Source of the DNA: Alphaproteobacteria bacterium
GTDB lineage: Bacteria; Pseudomonadota; Alphaproteobacteria; SP197
Assembly (NCBI GenBank): GCA_965204785.1
Contig: OZ242015.1
Location: 3,490,575-3,554,574 of the forward strand
Direction: 5' to 3'
DNA: 64,000 nt
Position numbers and translations under genes: made by a program. The notes beneath the pieces are model-generated. The model was given only the letters and a program-made list of their open reading frames with translations. It was not told where the DNA came from and ran no database searches. How positions within the stretch are numbered: position 1 is the first letter of the stretch; every line of letters starts with the position of its first letter. Positions 28,393 through 37,784 of this stretch are shown piece after piece.

Positions 28393-29822
28393 CGCTCGAC
28401 GCTTTCTCAAGCGCCCGCACCATGCGCGATGCGCTCAAGAACAAGGAAATCTCCTCAAGCGAACTTGTCGCGCTGCACGCCGAACGCATCGAACGGCACA
28501 ACCCCGCGCTCAACGCCATCGTCCTGCCTTGCCTGGAACGGGCCAGTCAGGAAGCGGCCGAAGCCGATGCCGGGCAGCCGCTCGCCGGCCTGCCGATCAC
28601 GATCAAGGACATCTTTCATCTGGCCGGCCTGCCCAACACCGGTGGTGGCGTCGTGCCTCTGGAAGACTGTGTGCGGGAGCATGACGGCCCTTCGGTCGCC
28701 AGGCTGCGCGGCGCGGGCGGTGTCGTTCTGGGCAAGACCAACAGCCCGCCCTATGCCGGCGACTGGCAGACCGCGAACGAAATGTTTGGCGTCACCAACA
28801 ATCCCTGGGATCCCGCCCGCACGCCGGGCGGCAGCACCGGCGGCGGAGCGGCTGCCGTGGCCGCGGGCCTCTCGCCCCTGGAACTGGGCAGCGATATCGG
28901 CGGGTCGATTCGCATTCCCGCGGCGTTCTGCGGCATCTATGGTCACAAGCCCAGCGAGACGTTGATCCCGCGCAGCGGCACGTTCTTCAGCGATCTGCCG
29001 AACCCCGCGGTCGGTCTGGTGGTGCAGGGGCCCTTGGCGCGCGCGGCGGAGGATTTGGAACTGGCGCTCTCGATCCTCGCCGGCCCCGATGCGGGGGAGG
29101 ACACGGCGTGGCGTCTGGAAATTCCGCAGGCGCGGCGCGCCTCCCTGAAGGGGTTCCGTGTCGCCATGGCGCCGCTGCATGACTGGCTTCCGGTCGACTG
29201 CTCCATCGCCGATGCCATGGAGCGGGTCGCCGAATCCTGCGTCAAGGCCGGCGCGATCGTCATCGAGGCTGCACCCGGCATGGTCGGGAACGGCAAGGAG
29301 GCCTACCGCACCTATCGCAGCCTGCTGTTCTCCATCATCGCCTCGCGCTGGTCGGAAGAACGGCGCAAGCAGGAGGCAGACGAAGCACATGAGGACGAGG
29401 ATCCCTTCGCGGAGGCTGATTCGGCGGGGATCGCGGCGTCAGCAGGCAACTATCTGGGCTGGTTCGGCTTCCGCGAGGCCCTGCGCCAAAGCTACCGCGC
29501 ATTCTTCCGCGATGTGGATGTCTGGATCGCGCCCGCCAACGTCACCAACGCCTTTCCCCACGACGACCGGCCGTTCCCCGAACGCCGTCTCGCGGTCAAC
29601 GGCGAAGAGATCGGCTACATGCACCAGTGTTTCTATGCGGGAATCGCGACGCTGCCGGGTCAGCCCTCGACCGCCTTTCCCGTCGGGCGCACGGACGAGG
29701 GGCTTCCCGTCGGCCTGCAGGCCATCGGACCCTATCTGGAGGACCTCACGCCGGTGCGGTTCGCCGCGTATTTAGCACGCGAAATCGGCGGCTTCACACC
29801 GCCGTCGGACTTCAGGGATTGA
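28389..29822 (+). CDS. Amidase (amidase signature family), second copy
   Basis: GGSTGGGAAAVAAGL...GSDIGGSIRIPAAFCG, in a 477-aa protein starting MTLDAFSSARTMRDAL. The ATGA overlaps the zapE stop. Confidence 0.8.
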   Translation: MTLDAFSSARTMRDALKNKEISSSELVALHAERIERHNPALNAIVLPCLERASQEAAEADAGQPLAGLPITIKDIFHLAGLPNTGGGVVPLEDCVREHDGPSVARLRGAGGVVLGKTNSPPYAGDWQTANEMFGVTNNPWDPARTPGGSTGGGAAAVAAGLSPLELGSDIGGSIRIPAAFCGIYGHKPSETLIPRSGTFFSDLPNPAVGLVVQGPLARAAEDLELALSILAGPDAGEDTAWRLEIPQARRASLKGFRVAMAPLHDWLPVDCSIADAMERVAESCVKAGAIVIEAAPGMVGNGKEAYRTYRSLLFSIIASRWSEERRKQEADEAHEDEDPFAEADSAGIAASAGNYLGWFGFREALRQSYRAFFRDVDVWIAPANVTNAFPHDDRPFPERRLAVNGEEIGYMHQCFYAGIATLPGQPSTAFPVGRTDEGLPVGLQAIGPYLEDLTPVRFAAYLAREIGGFTPPSDFRD

Positions 29823-29939
29823 ATACCAACGCGCGATAAGCAGGACTCATCGGGCGTTGGAGGGCCGCGACCGCGGCGTGAGCCAAGGGATGCGGACGCA
29901 TCCCGCCCGGCGTTTGAGAGTCGTTGAAATAAAGCTTGA

Positions 29940-30887
29940 TCAGACATGGCCGCCCTTGCGCTCGGGGGAGGTCGTCCACACATCGGCCGCGAAGGTGGAG
30001 CCGTAGAAATTCATCTGGCGGCGCGCACCGGTCGCCGTGTTATGCATCAGCGTCGCCACCGTCACCGGCCCGACGCCGCCGGGAACCGGCGTGATCCAGC
30101 CTGCCACTTCGCGGCAGCTTTCATAGTCGCAATCGCCCACGGTGCGTTCGGTTCCGTCGGGCAGTTCGATGCGGTTGATGCCGATGTCGATGACCGCCGC
30201 GCCGGGCTTGATCATGTTGCCGGTGACCAGGCCGGGTTTGCCGACCGCGACGAACACCGCGTCGGCCTGGCGGCAGTGCACCGCGAGATTGCGCGTCATG
30301 TAATGGCAGACCGTCACCGTCGCGCCCTCGGCCATCAGCAGGAAGGCGATGGGTTTGCCGACGATCTCCGAATGGCCCACGACCACGACTTCGAGACCCG
30401 AAAGCGACAGGCCGGTTTCTTTCAGGATGTGGATCGATGCCATGGCCGTGCAGGGGCCAAGTTCGATCTCGTTGTAGACGATGTTGCCGATCGACGCCGG
30501 ATGCAGGCCTTCGACGTCTTTGAGCGGATGGATCGAACTCTGCAGCCGCTTTACGTTGATCTGCGGTGGGGCGGGGCGCTGCACGATGATGCCGGTGACG
30601 CGCGGGTCGGCGTTCATGGCCTGGATCGCCGCGATCATTTCCGGTTCGGTGATGTCGGCGGGGAAATGGCGCTCCTCGAAGGCGATGCCGACCTTTTCGG
30701 CCGCGCGCTTCTGGTTGCGCACATAGATCTCGACGGCTTCGGTGTCGCCGATCACGACGGAGACCAGGCACGGTGCCCAGCCGCCGTCGGTCAGCCGCCT
30801 GACCTCGGCGCGGGTGCGCTCGTGCATCTTCTCGGCGATCTTGCGGCCGTCGAGTTCCTTGTGTTTCAGGTTGTGCTCGTCGGTCAC
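29940..30887 (-). CDS. folD: Bifunctional methylene-THF dehydrogenase / methenyl-THF cyclohydrolase
   Basis: VVVVGHSEIVGKPIAFLL, ATVTVCH and PVPGGVGPVTVATLM are FolD motifs. Confidence 0.9.
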   Translation of the reverse strand: MTDEHNLKHKELDGRKIAEKMHERTRAEVRRLTDGGWAPCLVSVVIGDTEAVEIYVRNQKRAAEKVGIAFEERHFPADITEPEMIAAIQAMNADPRVTGIIVQRPAPPQINVKRLQSSIHPLKDVEGLHPASIGNIVYNEIELGPCTAMASIHILKETGLSLSGLEVVVVGHSEIVGKPIAFLLMAEGATVTVCHYMTRNLAVHCRQADAVFVAVGKPGLVTGNMIKPGAAVIDIGINRIELPDGTERTVGDCDYESCREVAGWITPVPGGVGPVTVATLMHNTATGARRQMNFYGSTFAADVWTTSPERKGGHV

Positions 30888-30918
30888 GATGGTTCTCCGC
30901 CTTCCGCGGCGGCCCGGG

Positions 30919-31929
30919 TCACTGCACCCCAGCCAGGGGCGCCGGATCGTTCGACAGCGACCGCAGGTAGGCGATCAGGGCGGCGAGGTCATCCTCGTCG
31001 GTGATGCCGCGGAAGCTCATCTTGTTGCCGGGAATGTCGTTCTTGGGATCCGCCAGATAGGCCCAGAGGCGATCATAGGTCCAGGTTCCGCCTTCTTCCT
31101 CCATGGCGCTGGAGTAGCTGAAGTCAGGAACGCCGGCGATGTCACGGTCGACCACATCCCAGAGATTGGGGCCGACGCGGTTGGCGCCGCCCTCGTCGAA
31201 GGTGTGGCAGGCCCGGCACTTCTTGGCGACGTTCTCGCCGTCTTCGACCGGAGCGGCGGCGATCATGGCCTTGACCCTGCTGGGCGTGTTGGCATCGTCG
31301 GCCAGGCCGGAATCGTCTCCGGACGCGTTGTTCATCTCGCCTTGTGAATTGTCAGCGCCATCATCGTCGGCGACTTCCTCGACCTCGGGCAGCGGGAGCG
31401 GGTCGTTGCTCTGCTCGTTCATCCAGGCGATCAGGTTGGCGCGGTCTTCATTGTCGGAAATGCCGCGGAACGTCATCTTGGTGCCCGGCGCATAGCCCTT
31501 GGGGTCGGTGATGTAGGCATCAAGGCTCTCGAACGACCAGTCTCCGCCGACTGCTGCGAGCGCGCCGGAATAGGCGTAACCTTGTGCATGTTCCTTCGAA
31601 GCGCCGACGATGCCCCACAGGTTCGGGCCGACGCCGTTGCTGCCGCCGTTCTCGATCGTGTGGCAACTCTTGCACTTGTTGAACTGTTTTTCGCCGTCGG
31701 CAAGGTCGGCGTTGGCGAGCAGGACGGGCAGGGCAACGTCGGCGGCCATGTCACCGTGATCGCTGCCGCCCACATCGGCGTTGGAATGGGCGTCGCCTTC
31801 GGTCTCCACCGCAGCATGCTCGGGAAGTTCGGGGGCATAGAGAACGTTGCCAATCTTGCCGATGCCGACGGCCAGAAGCACGGCGACGAGAATGCCTGCG
31901 GCAATCTTGTTGAATTCAAGGGATTCCAT
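30919..31929 (-). CDS. Membrane-anchored di-haem cytochrome c
   Basis: An N-terminal TM anchor MESLEFNKIAAGILVAVLLAV and two CxxCH haem sites (CKSCHT, CRACHT), each followed by a Met ligand region (PGTKMTFRG, PGNKMSFRG). Confidence 0.75.
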   Translation of the reverse strand: MESLEFNKIAAGILVAVLLAVGIGKIGNVLYAPELPEHAAVETEGDAHSNADVGGSDHGDMAADVALPVLLANADLADGEKQFNKCKSCHTIENGGSNGVGPNLWGIVGASKEHAQGYAYSGALAAVGGDWSFESLDAYITDPKGYAPGTKMTFRGISDNEDRANLIAWMNEQSNDPLPLPEVEEVADDDGADNSQGEMNNASGDDSGLADDANTPSRVKAMIAAAPVEDGENVAKKCRACHTFDEGGANRVGPNLWDVVDRDIAGVPDFSYSSAMEEEGGTWTYDRLWAYLADPKNDIPGNKMSFRGITDEDDLAALIAYLRSLSNDPAPLAGVQ

Positions 31930-32098
31930 GTGTACCGACCCCGAAGGAAGATGGTCATGCGGGTGTTCGCAGGCCGCGATGAAAGCGCGGCGGAGATTAG
32001 CCATGTCACGGCCGCGTGTTCAACCCCCAGAGCGCATTTCTCCCCGGCGCCCCGACATGTGCCAAGATTGTGAAATACCACGCTGAGAGGCCGAATTC

Positions 32099-32827
32099 AT
32101 GTCTCCAATTGTCGTTATTCCCGCACGGATGGCCTCGACGCGTCTGCCGGGCAAACCTCTGGCCGATATCGGCGGCGAACCGATGATCGTGCATGTCTGG
32201 CGCAGGGCCGTGGAAGCCGGCGTGGGAACCGTGGTGGTCGCGGCCGCCGAAACGGAAATCGTCGCGACGATCCGCGACGCAGGTGGCGAAGCGGTGATGA
32301 CCGATTCTGACCTTCCTTCGGGCTCCGACCGGGTGAACCAGGCGGTTTCCAGGCTCGATCCCGACGGCGGTTATGACGTGGTGATCAATGTCCAGGGCGA
32401 TCTCCCCACGCTCGATCCCCAAGCGATCCGTGATGCCGTCATCGCGTTGCAACGCCAGGAAACCGATATCGCGACCCTGGTGGCCGAGGTCCGCGAGGAT
32501 CGGGAGCGCGACGACCCCAACGTGGTGAAGGCGGTCGTGACCTGGGACGACAGTGGCAACCACGGTCGCGCGCTCTATTTCACCCGTGCGACCGCGCCTT
32601 GGGGCGAAGGCCCGCTGTGGCATCACGTCGGGCTTTATGCCTACCGCCGGTCCGCACTGGAGTGCTTCGTCGGCCTTGCGGTCAGCCCGCTCGAACGGCG
32701 CGAACGTCTCGAGCAGCTTCGCGCCCTGGAGGCGGGCATGGCGGTCGCGGTGGCCCGCGTTGACTCGATTCCGCTCGGTGTCGATACTTCCGCCGATCTC
32801 GAACGCGCCCGCGCCCTCTTGGCCTGA
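32099..32827 (+). CDS. kdsB: 3-deoxy-manno-octulosonate cytidylyltransferase
   Basis: MSPIVVIPARMASTRLPGKPLADIGGEPMI is the KdsB N-terminal signature, with VVINVQGDLP. Confidence 0.85.
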   Translation: MSPIVVIPARMASTRLPGKPLADIGGEPMIVHVWRRAVEAGVGTVVVAAAETEIVATIRDAGGEAVMTDSDLPSGSDRVNQAVSRLDPDGGYDVVINVQGDLPTLDPQAIRDAVIALQRQETDIATLVAEVREDRERDDPNVVKAVVTWDDSGNHGRALYFTRATAPWGEGPLWHHVGLYAYRRSALECFVGLAVSPLERRERLEQLRALEAGMAVAVARVDSIPLGVDTSADLERARALLA

Positions 32828-32864
32828 GGCCTTCCTGATCACAGCTCCAGCAGAGGCAACACCC

Positions 32865-33743
32865 GTGACCGCAGCCGACAACATCATTGCCTTTCAGGGC
32901 AGGCCCGGCGCCTATTCCCATCTGGCCTGCCGCGAAGTTCACCCCGAGATGGAGGTGCTGCCCTGCACCTCGTTCGACGATGTGTTCGCCGCGGTGGAAA
33001 ACGGCGATGCGCGTCTTGCGATGCTGCCGATAGAGAATTCGCTGGCCGGCCGCGTCGCCGATGTGCATCACCTGATGCCCCATTCCTCGCTCCACATCGT
33101 GGGTGAGCACTTCCAGCGCGTGAACCACCACCTGCTGGGTGTGCCCGGCGCCACCCTGGACGGACTCAAGATCGTGCATTCGCACGTTCAGGCATTGGGC
33201 CAGTGCCGCACCGCACTCCACGATCTGGGCGTCCTGCCCGTCAGCCACACCGATACGGCCGGTGCGGCGCAGGAGATCGCCGAACTGGGCGATCCCGCAC
33301 ACGGCGCGGTCGCCTCCGCTCTGGCCGGCGACATCTATGGCCTGGATGTGCTCTCGGCGGGACTGGAAGACGCCGAACACAACCATACGCGGTTCCTCAT
33401 CCTGTCGCACGACGCTGCCGTGCCGGAGGCAGGTTCGGGCCTGCTGATCACCAGCATGCTCTTCCGCGTGCGCAGCGTTCCCGCCGCGCTCTACAAGGCG
33501 CTGGGCGGTTTCGCGACCAACGGCGTCAACCTCACCAAGCTGGAAAGCTACATGCTGGGCGGTTCGTTCAGCGCGGCGCAGTTCTATGCCGATGCCGACG
33601 GCCACCCCGACGAGCGCTCCATGCAACTCGCCCTGGAGGAACTGAGATTCTTCGCCCGGGAGGTGAGGATTTTGGGTACTTATCCCGCCCATCCCTACCG
33701 GGAGGAAGCCCAGCGCCTGGCCGCCGTTGCCGAGGAGGACTGA
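32865..33743 (+). CDS. pheA: Prephenate dehydratase
   Basis: IAFQGRPGAYSHLA...TRF (ESRP-like TRF motif) and a C-terminal ACT domain. It has a GTG start with GAGG upstream. Confidence 0.8.
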   Translation: MTAADNIIAFQGRPGAYSHLACREVHPEMEVLPCTSFDDVFAAVENGDARLAMLPIENSLAGRVADVHHLMPHSSLHIVGEHFQRVNHHLLGVPGATLDGLKIVHSHVQALGQCRTALHDLGVLPVSHTDTAGAAQEIAELGDPAHGAVASALAGDIYGLDVLSAGLEDAEHNHTRFLILSHDAAVPEAGSGLLITSMLFRVRSVPAALYKALGGFATNGVNLTKLESYMLGGSFSAAQFYADADGHPDERSMQLALEELRFFAREVRILGTYPAHPYREEAQRLAAVAEED

Positions 33744-33758
33744 TGCCCCAACAGATCG

Positions 33759-34040
33759 TCAAGCAGCGTGTTGGGAATCCGCATGAATCCGGTGCGGCTG
33801 CCATGTACTCAGACGCTCCCGCGCGTCATGCAGGTCGACAGCATTTTGCAGATTGATCCAGAACTCAGGACTGGTCTCCAAGACCGTGGCAAAACCAAGA
33901 GCGGTTTCCGGACTGACTGGCGCACGGTCATGGATGATATTGCTGGCGTGTTTGCGCGATAGGCCACATACCTCGGCAAACGTGCCAATTGCGACCTCGC
34001 GTGGTTTAAGAAAATAATTTGGCAGTACACGGCCCGGCAT
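33759..34040 (-). CDS. higA: HigA family addiction-module antitoxin (HTH XRE)
   Basis: MPGRVLPNYFLKP...GTFAEVCGLSRKHASNIIHDRAPVSPETALGFATVLETSPEFWINLQNAVDL matches the HigA HTH. Confidence 0.75.
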   Translation of the reverse strand: MPGRVLPNYFLKPREVAIGTFAEVCGLSRKHASNIIHDRAPVSPETALGFATVLETSPEFWINLQNAVDLHDARERLSTWQPHRIHADSQHAA

Positions 34041-34080
34041 GGTCGGCTGTCTCTTTCTTTCTGTACATTTCTATTTCTTG

Positions 34081-34251
34081 TCAGTGGCAATCTTCAAAAT
34101 TAACGCCAACAAATGCGTTATCTTCGACTTGGAAGATGATGCAGTAGTTTCCGTTCACGTGAAGCGAGTAGGTTCCTTTTCGATTACCTTTCAGTTTATG
34201 AAAATTCGCAACGCCTTCGAGGTCCGCTATGCCGTTGTCAATGATGGACGC
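34081..34251 (-). pseudogene. higB: HigB (RelE/ParE-fold) toxin remnant, N-terminally truncated
   Basis: The minus strand translates to ...IIDNGIADLEGVANFHKLKGNRKGTYSLHVNGNYCIIFQVEDNAFVGVNFEDCH*, which is the HigB C-terminal core, and it ends 40 nt upstream of higA. There is no ATG/GTG/TTG in frame before the conserved core, and the frame runs into the gloB stop. Confidence 0.55.
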
Positions 34252-34259
34252 AAAAGCGG

Positions 34260-35030
34260 CTAAAAGTTGTCCTTGCGTGCGCGCGTTTCGGCGAAAACGT
34301 CGACGGGGTCGGCGCCCAGCATGCCGATGGTCTTCTGCAGCAGCGGACTGTCGGGGCGCAGGAACGGGTTGGTCGCGCGCTCCTCGTCCAAGGTCGAGGG
34401 GACCGTGGGTTCGTCGCGTTCGCGCTTGGCGTCCACCTCGGCCATGCGCTTGGCCAAGTCATCGTTGTCGGGTTCCACAGAGAGGGCGAAGCGGCCGTTG
34501 GCCTGGGTGTATTCGTGGGCGCAGAAGATGCGCGTCTCGCCCGGCAGGTCCTTCAGCTTCGACAGGGAATGCCACATCTGTGCCGGCGTGCCTTCGAACA
34601 GGCGCCCGCAACCCATGGCGAACATGGTGTCGCCGCAGAACAGGGCATCGGAGTCCTCGAACCAGAAGGCGATGTGCCCGCGCGTGTGACCAGGCACGAA
34701 AAACACCTTCGCCTCGGCCTCGCCCAGAGTGTAGGTGTCGCCTTCGTCCACCTCGACATCGATGCCGGAAATACGGTCACGATCCGCCTTGGGTCCGACG
34801 ATGGTGCAACCGGTGGCTTTCTTGATTTCCAGGTTGCCGCCGGTGTGATCGCCGTGATGATGGGTGTTCAGGATATGCGTGATCGTCCAGCCCTTGGCCT
34901 TGGCAGCGTCCAATACCGGCCCCGCCACGGCGGGATCGATCACCGCGGTGTCGCCGGTCGCGGAACAGCGGGCGAGATAGACGTAGTTGTCGCTCAAAAC
35001 GGGAATCTGATGGATTTCCAGGCGGCTCAT
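34260..35030 (-). CDS. gloB: Hydroxyacylglutathione hydrolase
   Basis: The metallo-beta-lactamase motif is HILNTHHHGDHTGGN, with the start MSRLEIHQIPVLSDNYVYL. Confidence 0.85.
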   Translation of the reverse strand: MSRLEIHQIPVLSDNYVYLARCSATGDTAVIDPAVAGPVLDAAKAKGWTITHILNTHHHGDHTGGNLEIKKATGCTIVGPKADRDRISGIDVEVDEGDTYTLGEAEAKVFFVPGHTRGHIAFWFEDSDALFCGDTMFAMGCGRLFEGTPAQMWHSLSKLKDLPGETRIFCAHEYTQANGRFALSVEPDNDDLAKRMAEVDAKRERDEPTVPSTLDEERATNPFLRPDSPLLQKTIGMLGADPVDVFAETRARKDNF

Positions 35031-35070
35031 GATGCTTGCCTCCATTCTAGTGAGTTCGGTTGGCCGAAAC

Positions 35071-35313
35071 CTACCCTGTGTCGATCCATGCGTCGATCAG
35101 TCGCCGTGCGATCGAGTCATGACTCGGCAGTTCGATGTCGAGTTCGGGTGCGCGCAACTGCTCGCGCGTGAACCAGGACGCTTCGGCGAGTTCGTCGTTG
35201 TCGAGCACCGGCGTGTCGTCGTCGGCCAGCTTGCCCGCGATCCAGTCCGCATCGCGGCGTTTTTCGCCGGCACGCTCGAACGCACGGCTGCTGTAGTGCT
35301 CAAGATCGGTCAT
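35071..35313 (-). pseudogene. NADH pyrophosphatase (NudC-like Nudix) remnant, N- and C-termini fused without the Nudix box
   Basis: An 80-aa ORF, MTDLEHYSSRAFERAGEKRRDADWIAGKLADDDTPVLDNDELAEASWFTREQLRAPELDIELPSHDSIARRLIDAWIDTG. The tail matches the NudC C-terminus (EANWY...LP..GSIARRLIE). The N-terminus resembles alphaproteobacterial NudC starts. ~220 central residues are absent. Confidence 0.4.
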
Positions 35314-35410
35314 GGAATCACGTTGGCACGGCGCGGCAATCGGGGGAAACGCCGCCATTTCTCCCTGTGGGACTTGCACAGGCCGCCGGGCGGTCGATAT
35401 GGTCAACGAT

Positions 35411-35504
35411 GGAAGGCCGGCGCGGACGGGCTGCCTCGTGAACCCGGTCAGGTCCGGAAGGAAGCAGCCGCAGCGGGAACGGCCCGGGTCGATGCCGGTC
35501 TTCC
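35411..35504 (+). ncRNA. ffs: Signal recognition particle RNA (4.5S RNA, small bacterial type)
   Basis: It contains the universally conserved domain IV GUGAACCCGGUCAGGUCCGGAAGGAAGCAGCC. The 5' GGAAGGCCGGC pairs with the 3' GCCGGUCUUCC. It lies immediately upstream of dnaX, the canonical ffs-dnaX synteny. Confidence 0.75.
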
Positions 35505-35577
35505 ATGCTTCAGGCCGGACCCAGCCGGCCCTTTCCGGTCTCGGGAAGACCAGAAGCGCACGCAAAGCTCCGGAGCG

Positions 35578-37320
35578 ATGGCAGACCAGGACCAAGCCCC
35601 ACCCGACTATCGCGTTCTCGCGCGCAAATACCGTCCTGACACGCTGGATGGCCTGCGCGGCCAGGACGCGCTGGTGCGTACCCTGCGCAACGCGGTGGCC
35701 AGCGGACGGATCGCCCAAGCGTTCTTGCTGACTGGCGTGCGCGGCGTGGGCAAAACGACCACCGCACGCATTTTGGCGCGCATTCTGAACTGCGTCGGAC
35801 CGGACGGAAACGGCGGTGTCACGGCCGAACCCTGCGGCGTCTGCGACCAGTGCGTCGCGATCTCCGAAGACCGCCATGTCGATGTCCTGGAGATCGATGC
35901 GGCGAGCCACACCGGCATCGACAACATGCGCGATCTCCTGGAAGCCTCGCGCTACCGCCCGGTCATGGGGCGCTACAAGATCTATGTCATGGACGAGGTC
36001 CACATGTTGTCGAACGCGGCGTTCAATGCGCTGCTGAAGACGCTGGAGGAGCCGCCCGAACACCTGAAGTTCGTCTTCGCCACGACCGAGTTGCGCAAGA
36101 TTCCAGCGACCATCTTGTCACGCTGCCAGCGCTTCGATTTGCGCCGCATCGATGCAGCGGAACTCGCGGTCTATTTCGCCGAACTGGTGGAAAAGGAAAA
36201 CGCCGAGGCTTCGCCCGAAGCGCTGGCGCTCATCGCGCGCGCTGCCGACGGTTCGGCGCGCGACGGCCTTTCCATTCTCGATCAGGCCATCGCACAAGGT
36301 CAGGGCAAGGTCGCGGAAAAAGACGTGCGCGACATGCTGGGCCTGGCCGACAGGGGGCTGGTCTTTGATCTCTATGAAGCGGTGCTGGGCGGCGAGGTTG
36401 CCAAAGCGCTCGCCAATCTGGACGGCCAATACGCCGCGGGCGTCGATCCCGTGGTGGTGCTAGAAGACCTCCTGGAACTTACCCACTGGCTGACGCGCTA
36501 CAAGGCGGCACCCGAAGCGGCGAGCCATGCCGCGCCGGAGTTCGAGCGCGAGCGCGGCGCGGCCATGGCCGAGAAACTCACCGTACCGCACCTTACGCGC
36601 GCATGGCAGATCCTGCTCAAGGGGATCGGCGAAGCGCGCATGGCGCTCAACAGCCTGCAGGCCGTCGAGATGACGCTGGTGCGTCTCGCCCATGCCGCGG
36701 ACCTGCCCACACCCGAGGAAGCGCTCAAGACCGTCCTGTCGCCCCGGAGCACGCCCGCGTCGTCGTCGGGTGAAGCGGCTGGGGGGAAGTCCGGCGCCCC
36801 CTCGGCTATCCAGGCCCCGTTGGCGGCGCCGGAGCCTGAACCCGAACGGCAACCCGATCCGATTGTCGCCACGCCCGTTCCTGCATCTTCTCCAGCCCCG
36901 GCGCCGGAGGCGTCCCGAGCGCGCGAACTCGCGATGCCGCAGACCTTCGAGGCTCTGCTGGAGCTTGTGGGCGAGAAGGGCGAAGCGCATATGCTGGCCC
37001 TGCTGCGCGGCAACGTGCACCTGGTCTCGTTCAAGCCCGGCCACATCGAGTTCCGGCCCGACGAACATGCGCCGCCGGAACTCTCGCGCGATCTGGCGCG
37101 CAATCTGGAACAGTGGACCGGCGAGCGCTGGATGGTCGCGGTTTCCTCCCAGCAGGGCGACCCTACCCTGGCTGAACAGGAAGAGGTCGCCCGGGTGGCG
37201 CGGCTGCAGGAGGCCGCGCGGGATCCCGGCGTCGCGCGAATCCTCGAAGCCTTTCCCGGTTCGGAAGTCGTGGAAGTCCACGACGCCGAACAGTCACTGA
37301 TGGAGAACAAAGGTCGATGA
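35578..37320 (+). CDS. dnaX: DNA polymerase III subunit gamma/tau
   Basis: MADQDQAPPDYRVLARKYRP...AFLLTGVRGVGKTTTARILAR and the zinc module CGVCDQCVAI. The ORF-track start at 35029 is an upstream extension across ffs. Confidence 0.9.
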   Translation: MADQDQAPPDYRVLARKYRPDTLDGLRGQDALVRTLRNAVASGRIAQAFLLTGVRGVGKTTTARILARILNCVGPDGNGGVTAEPCGVCDQCVAISEDRHVDVLEIDAASHTGIDNMRDLLEASRYRPVMGRYKIYVMDEVHMLSNAAFNALLKTLEEPPEHLKFVFATTELRKIPATILSRCQRFDLRRIDAAELAVYFAELVEKENAEASPEALALIARAADGSARDGLSILDQAIAQGQGKVAEKDVRDMLGLADRGLVFDLYEAVLGGEVAKALANLDGQYAAGVDPVVVLEDLLELTHWLTRYKAAPEAASHAAPEFERERGAAMAEKLTVPHLTRAWQILLKGIGEARMALNSLQAVEMTLVRLAHAADLPTPEEALKTVLSPRSTPASSSGEAAGGKSGAPSAIQAPLAAPEPEPERQPDPIVATPVPASSPAPAPEASRARELAMPQTFEALLELVGEKGEAHMLALLRGNVHLVSFKPGHIEFRPDEHAPPELSRDLARNLEQWTGERWMVAVSSQQGDPTLAEQEEVARVARLQEAARDPGVARILEAFPGSEVVEVHDAEQSLMENKGR

Positions 37321-37637
37321 ACCTTGCCAAGATGATGAAGCAGGCCCAGGAGTTGCAGGGCAAGATGGCGACGATGCAGGAAGAGCTTGCCAAGTCGGAG
37401 ATCGAGGGAAGCTCGGGCGGCGGCATGGTGAAGGTCGTCATGACCGGCAAGCACGAGCTCAAGCGCCTGACCATCGACCCCTCGCTGGTCACGCCCGACG
37501 ACACCGAAGTGCTGGAAGACCTGATCGTCGCGGCGGTCAACGACGTCCGTGTGCGTGTTGAGGAGCACGTGAAGGAAGAGATGTCCAAGGTCACGGGCGG
37601 TCTCAATCTGCCCACCGGCATGAATTTGCCGTTCTGA
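37317..37637 (+). CDS. ybaB: Nucleoid-associated protein YbaB/EbfC
   Basis: MNLAKMMKQAQELQGKMATMQEELA... is YbaB-typical, and the start overlaps the dnaX stop. Confidence 0.85.
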   Translation: MNLAKMMKQAQELQGKMATMQEELAKSEIEGSSGGGMVKVVMTGKHELKRLTIDPSLVTPDDTEVLEDLIVAAVNDVRVRVEEHVKEEMSKVTGGLNLPTGMNLPF

Positions 37638-37750
37638 GTCCGGCGCGTCATGTTCATGCCACGCCTTGTCCATAGCCCTCAGTCGCCGGGCGCTCGATTC
37701 CCTCGCTTGGCTTTCGTGCCAGAGGGTGCAGCGCACGGTCGCACGCTGCT

Positions 37751-37784
37751 CAAGGGCTCCATGAACCGGTTCATGGAGCCCTTG
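37751..37784. promoter_or_regulatory. Perfect 34-bp palindrome upstream of recR
   Basis: CAAGGGCTCCATGAACC|GGTTCATGGAGCCCTTG has 17-bp arms and no spacer. It abuts the recR start codon. Coordinates are ±1. Confidence 0.45.

Noticed and set aside
35578-37320. A programmed ribosomal frameshift site (A AAA AAG) in dnaX
   Set aside because: No heptameric slippery sequence was found. Only A5 runs are present.
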